A DNA stretch of 42,855 nt, from positions 1 through 42,855 of the forward strand of contig DAOTWL010000188.1 in NCBI GenBank assembly GCA_034435875.1, written 5' to 3'. This document shows, one piece after another, positions 17,086-24,358 of the stretch; position 1 is the stretch's first letter; each line of letters opens with the position of its first letter. The DNA is from Anaerolineae bacterium. GTDB taxonomy: Bacteria > Chloroflexota > Anaerolineae > B4-G1 > DUEL01. A program made the position numbers and the translations under genes. The notes beneath the pieces were generated by a model. It searched no databases, was not told where the DNA came from, and worked only from the letters and a program-made list of their open reading frames with translations.

Positions 17086-17345
17086 TTCCTCACCCCACCC
17101 CCCGGCCCTTCGGGCCGGGGGAGGGGCGAGGCCCCTCCCCCAGCCCCCTCCCCTGAACTTGGGCTCTTTGGGCGAAGGGGCGGAAAAGAAAATTGGGAAA
17201 CCGCCCCAAACGGGCGAGAGGGAGTAAAAAGAAAATATTTTTCATTGCGGCGGCTTCGCCGCCGCAATGAAAAATATATTCTCTTTCATCCCGCTGGCGA
17301 AAAGGCCAAACTTGAGGGGAGGGTCAGAGGGAAGGGTGAGGAGCA
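17086..17345. repeat. family A-related long palindromic element (about 260 nt) with an AT-rich central hairpin
   Basis: CCTCACCCCACCCCCC is at the left end and GGGAAGGGTGAGG at the right end. The central perfect hairpin is TTTTTCATTGCGGCGGC-TTCG-GCCGCCGCAATGAAAAA (about 17237-17277). Confidence 0.65.
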
Positions 17346-17423
17346 GACCAACAGCCTGCACCCCCGTAGCGCAGGCTGCCAGGCCTCTATCCGTTGGGCA
17401 GTGAGCCGGTTAAAGGAGGTCCG

Positions 17424-18581
17424 ATGAAACGGATTTATATGGACTATTCCGCCACCACGCCGGTGGACCCCCGGGTGGTGGAGGCGATGGCGCCCTACTG
17501 GAGCGACGTCTTCGGCAACACCTCGTCGGCCCACGCCTGGGGGCAGGCCGCCGCGGCCGCGCTGGAGCGGGCGCGGGAGCAGGTGGCCCGCCTCCTGGGC
17601 GCCTGCCCGTCGGAAATCGTCTTCACCGCGTCGGGGACGGAGGCGGATAATCTGGCCCTGCGCGGCGTCGCCTGGGCCGCCCGTCGGGCCGGTCGCGGCA
17701 ACCACATCGTCACCACGCCCATAGAGCACCACGCGGTGGAGGCCACCGGGGAGCAACTCCACCGCCTCTTCGGTTTTGAGGTGACGGTCGTCCCGGTGGA
17801 CGGGCACGGGCTGGTGGACCCGGACGCGGTCCGGCAGGCCATCCGTCCCGATACGGTCCTGGTCAGCGTGATGACGGCCAGCAACGAAGTCGGCACAGTC
17901 CAGCCCATCGCCGAAATCGCCGCCGTCTGCCGGGAGTACGAGGTCCCCCTGCACACCGACGCAGTTCAGGCCGCCGGGCGAATGGCGCTGAATGTGGAGG
18001 ACCTGGGGGTGGACCTGCTGGCCCTCTCGGCCCACAAGTTCTACGGCCCCAAGGGGGTGGGGCTTCTCTACGTCCGGCGGGGACTGGCGCTGATGCCGGC
18101 CATCACCGGCGGGGGGCACGAGGGGGGCCGCCGCCCCGGGACGGTCAACGTGGCCGGCATCGTCGGCATGGCGACGGCGCTGGAACTGGCAGAGGCGGCG
18201 CGGGAGGAGGAGACAGCCCGCCTGGCCCGCCTGCGAGACCGGTTGATAGCGGGCGTCCTCTCCGCCGTCCCGGACGTCCGCCTGACCGGCCACCCGACCC
18301 GACGGCTTCCCCACCTGGCCAGTTTCGCCATCCGAGGCGTGGAGGGGGCGTCGGTGGTGGTCGGACTGGACCTGGAGGGGATTGCGGCCAGTTCCGGAGC
18401 GGCCTGCGCGGAGGGGGAGGCCCGCCCGTCCCCCGTCCTGGAGGCCATGGGACTGGCGCCGGAGTGGGCCGTGGGGGCGCTGCGCCTCTCCCTGGGCCGG
18501 TACAACACCGATGAGGACGTGGAGGCTGTGCTGGAAGTCCTGCCGCAAGTAGTGGCCCGTTTGCGAGAACCTTCTGGATGA
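17424..18581 (+). CDS. cysteine desulfurase (class V aminotransferase, NifS/IscS type)
   Basis: MKRIYMDYSATTPVDPRVVEAM...FTASGTEADNLA...SAHKFYGPKGVG...SSGAAC is canonical. SD AAGGAGG upstream. Confidence 0.9.
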   Translation: MKRIYMDYSATTPVDPRVVEAMAPYWSDVFGNTSSAHAWGQAAAAALERAREQVARLLGACPSEIVFTASGTEADNLALRGVAWAARRAGRGNHIVTTPIEHHAVEATGEQLHRLFGFEVTVVPVDGHGLVDPDAVRQAIRPDTVLVSVMTASNEVGTVQPIAEIAAVCREYEVPLHTDAVQAAGRMALNVEDLGVDLLALSAHKFYGPKGVGLLYVRRGLALMPAITGGGHEGGRRPGTVNVAGIVGMATALELAEAAREEETARLARLRDRLIAGVLSAVPDVRLTGHPTRRLPHLASFAIRGVEGASVVVGLDLEGIAASSGAACAEGEARPSPVLEAMGLAPEWAVGALRLSLGRYNTDEDVEAVLEVLPQVVARLREPSG

Positions 18582-18587
18582 GGCACT

Positions 18588-18960
18588 ATGACGAAGACAA
18601 GGGGATTGGAGAAACCGGAGGACCTGGAAGCATTGAAAGGAGTTTTCAGAAAGTATCCGGAGGTCCAGGCCGTTTACCTTTTTGGCTCAGCGGCAGAGGG
18701 AGGGTGGGGGGCCTGAAAGTGACCTGGACCTGACCATTGTGCTCCGGTCTCCCGCCGCGCGGGCCCGCCGTCTGGACATCCTGGCCGACCTGGCCCGGGC
18801 GGGTTTCGGTAATGTAGACCTGGCCTTTCTGGATGCCGAAGACATCGTCCTGCAATACGAGGCCGTTCGCCTGAACCGGGTGGTATATCAGACGGCGGAT
18901 TTTGACCGGGGGGAGATGTATTCTCGCGTCGTCCGTCGCTACCTGGATTTTTTGAAGATA
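18588..18960 (+). pseudogene. MntA-like nucleotidyltransferase (pol-beta superfamily), frameshifted in a G run and C-terminally eroded
   Basis: Frame 1 reads MTKTRGLEKPEDLEALKGVFRKYPEVQAVYLFGSAAEGGWGA* (stop at 18714-18716). The next frame continues GGPESDLDLTIVLRSPAARARRLDILADL...VVYQTADFDRGEMYSRVVRRYLDF. Joined, the two frames give the hallmark GS..EG....SDLDL motif. The shift lies in GGGTGGGGGG (G6 at 18706-18711). The 3' end runs into a family A repeat. Confidence 0.6.
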
Positions 18961-18992
18961 TTTGCGACTTGTCAAGCGTTGCGGCCAGATTG

Positions 18993-19155
18993 CCCCTCCC
19001 CCCGGCCCCCCCTCCCCACCGCCGCTGCGCGGCGTGGGGAGGGGGAGAGATTGTGGGGTTTGTGGGCGGCGGCTTCGCCGCCGCCCACAAACCCCACCCT
19101 TTCACCCCCCTCCCCCATCGCTGCGCTTGGGGGAGGGGCCGGGGGAGGGGTGAGG
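18993..19155. repeat. family A-related GC-rich palindromic element
   Basis: It reads CCCCTCCCCCC...GTGGGCGGCGGCTTCGCCGCCGCCCAC...GGGGAGGGGTGAGG, with a central perfect hairpin around the GGCGGC-TTCG-CCGCC core. Confidence 0.55.
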
Positions 19156-19372
19156 CAAGCGCGCCGAAAAAGTTAGCGCCATCGGGCTAACAGCGGTAGG
19201 TCTGCAGGAAATCGTGGTGACGCTCTTCTAACGGGTGTAAGAACCCCCAGATGTAGGACATCCTTTCCAGGCTGTCCCCCCATATGGCGGGCTGAAAGCC
19301 CGCCCTACGTCTTCCCACGATTCAATGCAGTGCTACCGGGCGAACCGCCTGTGCCACGAATACGCAGTTCCG

Positions 19373-20473
19373 ATGAGTCACCATGTCGCGATCGCGATGA
19401 GCGGAGGGGTGGATAGCAGCGTCGCGGCGGCGCGGCTGGTGGAGCAGGGCTACCGGGTGACCGGCGTGATGCTGCGGCTGTGGGCCGAACCCGCCGCCGG
19501 TTGCCGGGAGAACCTCTGCTGCACGCCGGAGGCGGTGGAGCGCGCGCGGGACGTCGCCGCGCGGCTGGGCATCCCGTTCTATGAAGTGGACATGCGGGAG
19601 CCTTTCCGCCGCGCCGTCGTGGAGACCTTCGTCGCCGAATACGCCGCCGCCCGTACCCCCAACCCCTGCATCCCCTGCAACCGGGAAATCCGGTTCGGGT
19701 TGCTGATGAATTGGGCCCTGGAGCACGGCGCGGACTTCCTGGCGACCGGCCACTACGCCCGCGTCCGCCGGGCGGGGGACCGCTACCAGTTGCTGCGGGG
19801 CCGGGACCGCACCAAAGACCAGTCCTACGTCCTGCACGTCCTGACGCAGGAGCAGTTAGCGCGCGTCCTCTTCCCCCTGGGCGACCTGACCAAGAGGGAG
19901 GTCCGGGAAATGGCGCGGGCCCGGGGCCTCCCCGTCGCCGACCAGCCGGAGAGCCAGGATGTCTGCTTCCTGGCCGACGGGGACTACCGCCGGTTCGTCG
20001 CCGAACACGCGCCGGAGGCGGTCCGCCCCGGCCCCATTCTGGATACGGCGGGCCGGGTGCTGGGAGAACACAAGGGGTTGATCCACTACACCGTCGGGCA
20101 GCGAAAGGGCATCGGCGTATCGGCCCCGGTTCCCCTCTACGTCCTGGCGCTGGACCCTCAGCACAACGCCCTGATCGTCGGGCGGGCGGAGGAGTTGGGG
20201 CAATCGGAGTGCGTCGCCGCCCGGATGCACTACATCTCCGGAGAGGAGCCGCCGGGGCCCTTTGAGGCCACCGCCCAGATTCGTTACCGACACAAGGAGG
20301 CCCCGGTAGTCGCCACTCCCCTGCCGGACGGCCGTCTCCACGTCCGCTTCGCCGTCCCCCAGCGGGACATCACCCCGGGCCAGTACCTGGTTCTGTATGA
20401 CGGCGAGGTTGTCCTGGGGGGCGGGGTGATTTGTGCGCCATGGGAAAGTATGATACAATCAGTATCAGGATGA
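19373..20473 (+). CDS. mnmA: tRNA 2-thiouridine(34) synthase
   Basis: VAIAMSGGVDSSVAAARLVEQGYRVTGVMLRLW...NPCIPCNREIRF...ATGHYAR...KDQSYVL... is canonical MnmA. ATG 19373 lies inside ORF 19325..20473. Confidence 0.92.
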   Translation: MSHHVAIAMSGGVDSSVAAARLVEQGYRVTGVMLRLWAEPAAGCRENLCCTPEAVERARDVAARLGIPFYEVDMREPFRRAVVETFVAEYAAARTPNPCIPCNREIRFGLLMNWALEHGADFLATGHYARVRRAGDRYQLLRGRDRTKDQSYVLHVLTQEQLARVLFPLGDLTKREVREMARARGLPVADQPESQDVCFLADGDYRRFVAEHAPEAVRPGPILDTAGRVLGEHKGLIHYTVGQRKGIGVSAPVPLYVLALDPQHNALIVGRAEELGQSECVAARMHYISGEEPPGPFEATAQIRYRHKEAPVVATPLPDGRLHVRFAVPQRDITPGQYLVLYDGEVVLGGGVICAPWESMIQSVSG

Positions 20474-20639
20474 AACGGCACCTTTGGTGATGAGGAGACT
20501 TTCTTAACCCCATGGGACCTCTTTGATGAAGCCGACGCTCAGAAAGCGGTGGAGGATGCCCGGCGGTGCATCACTGTCGCCGGGGAGATTTATCAGCGTC
20601 AATTCGGGGAATTGCCATCCCAATTCAGAGGAGAGAGCG

Positions 20640-21107
20640 ATGGTAGCCAAGAGGGAGAATCCGGAAGCCGTCCCCACGCCCGCTGAGGCGCGTCTCAAGC
20701 GCAATCTGGTGCTGAGTCTGGTCATCGTGGGCGTGCTGATGCTGGGGATGATCGTCCTGCTGGTCGTGCTGGCGGTGGACGCCTATCGCTCCCCGGTCCA
20801 GCCCAGCCCGGGGGCGGCGGTCGTCTCCCTGCTGCGAGATGCGGCCATCATCCTGGTCGCCTTTGAGACCCTCCTGATCGGCATCCTGCTCATCGTCCTG
20901 ACAATCCAGGTGCAGGCCCTGGTGTCGCTGTTGCGGGACGAGATTCGTCCCATGCTGGAGACCCTCAACGACACCCTGGCGACCGTTCGGGGGACGACGC
21001 GGTTTGTCAGCCATCACGTCGTCTCCCCGACGATCCAGGCGGCCAGTTTTATGGCCGGTGTGCGGCGGGTGCTGAAGGAGATCGCGGGGTTTTTGAGTGG
21101 GCGCTAA
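20640..21107 (+). CDS. membrane protein, DUF948-like (N-terminal TM helices plus a coiled-coil tail)
   Basis: ATG 20640 has SD AGAGGAGAG. MVAKRENPEA...LVLSLVIVGVLMLGMIVLLVVLAV...LLRDEIRPMLETLNDTLATVRGTT. The family assignment is tentative. Confidence 0.55.
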   Translation: MVAKRENPEAVPTPAEARLKRNLVLSLVIVGVLMLGMIVLLVVLAVDAYRSPVQPSPGAAVVSLLRDAAIILVAFETLLIGILLIVLTIQVQALVSLLRDEIRPMLETLNDTLATVRGTTRFVSHHVVSPTIQAASFMAGVRRVLKEIAGFLSGR

Positions 21108-22084
21108 TGGAGAAGTCGCTGCTTCTGCAACCCCCGAAACCCATAGAAGACCGATTCCGGCCCGAAGCCGAAATCGTGCTCTTTCCCGGCGACGCCAGTG
21201 CATTCCTTGCCCAAATTCCAGACCGGTCGGTAGCGCTGATTCTCACATCGCCCCCCTACAACCTCGGCAAGGAATATGAAACGCGCATGGCTGTAGAGCA
21301 GTACTTGCAGGGGCAGGCGGAAGTCATCGCCCAACTGGTGCGCGTGCTTCGGGACGACGGCAGTATTTGCTGGCAGGTGGGGAATTTTATAGAAGACGGT
21401 GAGGTTTTTCCTCTGGACATCCTGTACTATCCCATTTTCAAGGCCCTGGGTCTGAAATTGCGCAATCGGATTATCTGGCGCTTCGGCCACGGACTGCACG
21501 CGTCCCGGCGCTTTTCCGGCCGTTACGAGACCATCCTCTGGTTCACCAAAAGCGACCGCTATATTTTCAACCTGGACGCCGTGCGGGTTCCTGCGAAATA
21601 CCCGGGTAAGCGCTATTACAAAGGGCCCAACAGGGGCAAACCGTCAGGAAACCCGCTGGGGAAGAACCCTTCAGATGTATGGGAGATTCTGGTCCAGGAT
21701 TGGGAAGAAGCCTTCTGGGATATTCCGAACGTGAAATCCAACCACCCTGAGAAAACCATCCACCCCTGTCAGTTTCCGATAGAACTCGCCGAGCGGTGCG
21801 TCCTGGCGTTGACGAACGAAGGGGACTGGGTGCTGGACCCTTATATGGGCGTGGGTTCGGCTCTGATTGCGGCGGTGATGCACAACCGACGGGCAATGGG
21901 CAGTGAGAAAGAAGAGGAATACGTGGATATTGCCCGCCAGCGCCTTCTGGCCTATTTCAACGGCACGCTTCGTTATCGCCCATTGGGCAAACCCGTCTAT
22001 CAGCCGACCGGCCGGGAGAAAGTCGCCCAGATACCCGAAGAGTGGAAACATTCGCCCATCTCCGCCGGGCTGAATCCTCTATAG
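21107..22084 (+). CDS. site-specific DNA methyltransferase, beta-class N4/N6 type with a TSPPY motif (probably N4-cytosine)
   Basis: LILTSPPYNLGKEY (motif IV) precedes DPYMGVGSALIAA (motif I), and HPCQFPIELAERCV is also present. This circular permutation is typical of beta-class amino-MTases. Its start overlaps the upstream stop (TAATG). Lower GC than the flanks. Confidence 0.88.
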   Translation: MEKSLLLQPPKPIEDRFRPEAEIVLFPGDASAFLAQIPDRSVALILTSPPYNLGKEYETRMAVEQYLQGQAEVIAQLVRVLRDDGSICWQVGNFIEDGEVFPLDILYYPIFKALGLKLRNRIIWRFGHGLHASRRFSGRYETILWFTKSDRYIFNLDAVRVPAKYPGKRYYKGPNRGKPSGNPLGKNPSDVWEILVQDWEEAFWDIPNVKSNHPEKTIHPCQFPIELAERCVLALTNEGDWVLDPYMGVGSALIAAVMHNRRAMGSEKEEEYVDIARQRLLAYFNGTLRYRPLGKPVYQPTGREKVAQIPEEWKHSPISAGLNPL

Positions 22085-22122
22085 CCCTCGTGCTCTCAAC
22101 CAAAAGAACCAGGAGGTTTCCC

Positions 22123-22512
22123 ATGGCAAAAGACAACGGCAGCGATGTGGTGGCATTCCTGACCGGATTTGTGGTCGGCGGGCTGGTAGGGGCGGCGGTG
22201 GCCCTGCTTTTCGCCCCCCAATCCGGTGCGGAGACCCGGGCCCAGATTCGCGCCAGAGGCGTGGAACTGAGCGAAAAGGCGAAGGAAGAGGCCGAGAGGG
22301 CCCGCGCCCAGGTAGAACGGGCACTGGAAGAGGCTCGCGCGAAGGCCGAGGCGGTCGCCGCCGACCTCCGCCGCCGGGCGGAAGAAATCCAGGCCCAGGG
22401 ACAGGTGGTCCTGGAGGAGGGCCGCCGACAACTGACCGAGGCGGTAGAGGGAACCCGTAAGGCCGTCACCCGCGCCCGGGGAGGCGCCCCCGCGGAAGAA
22501 CCCACCGCCTGA
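22123..22512 (+). CDS. YtxH domain-containing protein
   Basis: MAKDNGSDVVAFLTGFVVGGLVGAAVALLFAPQSGAETRAQIR is followed by an Ala/Glu-rich coiled coil. SD AGGAGG upstream. Confidence 0.8.
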   Translation: MAKDNGSDVVAFLTGFVVGGLVGAAVALLFAPQSGAETRAQIRARGVELSEKAKEEAERARAQVERALEEARAKAEAVAADLRRRAEEIQAQGQVVLEEGRRQLTEAVEGTRKAVTRARGGAPAEEPTA

Positions 22513-22583
22513 CCCCTGCGGCCTCGGGACTACCGGCCAGGAACCGCTGTAAAAGAGCGGGAAAGGTACGCGCGCCTTGCGCC

Positions 22584-22632
22584 CTTCACCTTTCACGCTT
22601 CACGTCTCACGCTTCACGCCTCACACTTCACG
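22584..22632. repeat. tandem heptanucleotide array, 7 x (C/T)(T/C)TCAC(G/A/C)
   Basis: CTTCACC TTTCACG CTTCACG TCTCACG CTTCACG CCTCACA CTTCACG, immediately upstream of the SD and start at 22647. Confidence 0.85.
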
Positions 22633-22646
22633 CCGCGAGGTGACCG

Positions 22647-23132
22647 ATGGAACTCCTGACCGTTCGCATCCAGAAGCCGGATGACGTCAACTTCATCCTG
22701 GGGATGAGCCACTTCATCAAGACGGTGGAGGACATCCACGAGGCGCTGGTGAACGCTGTGCCGGGCATCCGCTTCGGCCTGGCCTTCTGCGAGTCTTCCG
22801 GCCCGGCCCTGGTCCGCTGCAGCGGCACCGACGAGGCTATGATAGAACTGGCGAAGGGGAACGCCCTGGCTATCGGCGCGGGCCACTCGTTCATCATCTT
22901 CCTGGCCCCCGGCTTCTACCCCATCAACGTCCTCAACGCCGTCAAGATGGTGCCGGAGGTCTGCCGCATCTTCTGCGCCACTGCCAACCCCGCCGAAGTC
23001 ATCATCGCCCAGACGGAGCAGGGGCGGGCCATTCTGGGGGTGGTGGACGGCGTCAGCCCCAAAGGGGTGGAGGGGCCGGAAGACGTAGCCCACCGCAAGG
23101 AATTCCTGCGGAAGATCGGCTACAAACTGTAG
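22647..23132 (+). CDS. adenosine-specific kinase family protein
   Basis: MELLTVRIQKPDDVNFILGMSHFIKTVEDIHEALVNAVPGIRFGLAFCESSGP...GHSFIIFL...FYPINVLNAVK...CATANP matches my recollection of the archaeal/bacterial 'adenosine specific kinase' domain family. Confidence 0.75.
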   Translation: MELLTVRIQKPDDVNFILGMSHFIKTVEDIHEALVNAVPGIRFGLAFCESSGPALVRCSGTDEAMIELAKGNALAIGAGHSFIIFLAPGFYPINVLNAVKMVPEVCRIFCATANPAEVIIAQTEQGRAILGVVDGVSPKGVEGPEDVAHRKEFLRKIGYKL

Positions 23133-23141
23133 GAGGCCGGG

Positions 23142-23608
23142 ATGCGCACTTCTCTTCCGCCCGTGGTACGAGAGGCCTGGGGAGAGAGCGTCGCCGACGC
23201 CTTTACCCTCTGGCTGGAGGATTGGGAGGCCGCCTGATCCGGGAGAAGGCCGTTTCACGGGACGAATATCGGGAAATCCTCTCCCGCCTGGACACCCTGG
23301 AGCGAGAGGGCGCCCTCCTGCGGGCAGAATTCCGCCAGGAAATTCAGGCCCTCCGCCAAGAGATGCTCGCTCTCCACCAGACGACGCTGGAGCAGTTAGA
23401 CCGGTATCAGGCCCAGGCGCAGGAGCGGATGGACCGGATGGAGGCCCGGACACAGGAGCGGATGGACCGGGAATTTGCGGCAGTCCACGAACGCCTGGAC
23501 CGGATGTACCACCAGATGGTCATCCAGACCCGCTGGCTGATCGGGGCCCTGCTGGGGTTCGGCACCATCATCACCGTCCTGCTGGCGATCGCCCCGTTCA
23601 AACCGTAA
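23142..23608 (+). pseudogene. coiled-coil protein with a C-terminal TM anchor, apparent 1-nt frameshift near 23225-23235
   Basis: ATG 23142 has an excellent SD (AGGAGG plus 5 nt) and gives MRTSLPPVVREAWGESVADAFTLWLEDWEAA*. The listed ORF 23222..23608 starts at TTG with no usable SD spacing and continues RLIREKAVSRDEYREILSRLDTLE.... Joined, the two parts read as one protein. Confidence 0.5.
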
Positions 23609-23618
23609 AAGGTCGGCG

Positions 23619-24347
23619 ATGGAAATCCCCTCCCTCTTCCTGGCCCTCCTGGCGGGCCTGGCATCCTTTCTCTCCCCCTGCGTCCTCCCGATGGTGCCGG
23701 CCTACATCGGCTATCTGAGCGGCCGCGCCATCGCCGGGGCGGATGCCGGGACCTCTGCCCGGGAGCGGTTTGCCACCTTCCTCCATGCCCTGGCCTTCGT
23801 CCTGGGCTTCTCTGCGGTCTTCGTCGCCCTGGGCGCGGCCGCCGGTGGGCTGGGCCGCCTCCTGCGCGCTGACTGGGTGCGCTGGCTCGGTGGTCTGGTC
23901 ATGGTCTTCTTCGGACTGGCGCTGATGGGGGCCGTCAAACTCCCCGCGCTCTACACCGAACGGCGGCTTCATCTCCGCGCCGGCTCCCGATGGGGCTACC
24001 TCTCCTCGGCCCTCGTCGGTGTCTCCTTTGCCGCCGGGTGGACCCCCTGCGTGGGCCCGGTGCTGGGGGCCATCCTGGCCCTGGGGGCCAGCCAGGAGAC
24101 GGCCGGGAAGGCCGCGCTCCTCCTGGCGGCCTATTCCCTCGGCCTGGGCGTCCCCTTTCTTCTGGTCGGACTGGCGGTAGACCGGATGGGCGCGCATCTG
24201 CGGCGACTGCACCGTTACCTTCACCCCATCCAGGTTGCCACCGGTGTCCTCATTCTCCTCTTTGGTGTCCTCCTGTTTATGGACTGGCTGCGTGTCCTGG
24301 GCGCGTGGATGACCTCCCTGGGCCTGGGCTGGGACCTGGGGCTCTAA
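23619..24347 (+). CDS. ccdA: cytochrome c biogenesis protein CcdA (DsbD transmembrane-domain family)
   Basis: LAGLASFLSPCVLPMVPAYIGYLSG... and ...AAGWTPCVGPVLGAIL are the two conserved Cys motifs. Confidence 0.88.
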   Translation: MEIPSLFLALLAGLASFLSPCVLPMVPAYIGYLSGRAIAGADAGTSARERFATFLHALAFVLGFSAVFVALGAAAGGLGRLLRADWVRWLGGLVMVFFGLALMGAVKLPALYTERRLHLRAGSRWGYLSSALVGVSFAAGWTPCVGPVLGAILALGASQETAGKAALLLAAYSLGLGVPFLLVGLAVDRMGAHLRRLHRYLHPIQVATGVLILLFGVLLFMDWLRVLGAWMTSLGLGWDLGL

Positions 24348-24358
24348 GGGCCCTGTGG

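Noticed and set aside
20507-20620. A stop-to-stop frame reading PPWDLFDEADAQKAVEDARRCITVAGEIYQRQFGELP, which resembles the C-terminal helix of HEPN-domain proteins. It could be a relic partner of the NTase at 18588.
   Set aside because: It has no start codon and only about 35 residues of vague similarity. It overlaps the possible leader of the 20640 gene and is separated from the NTase by mnmA. The evidence is insufficient to call it.
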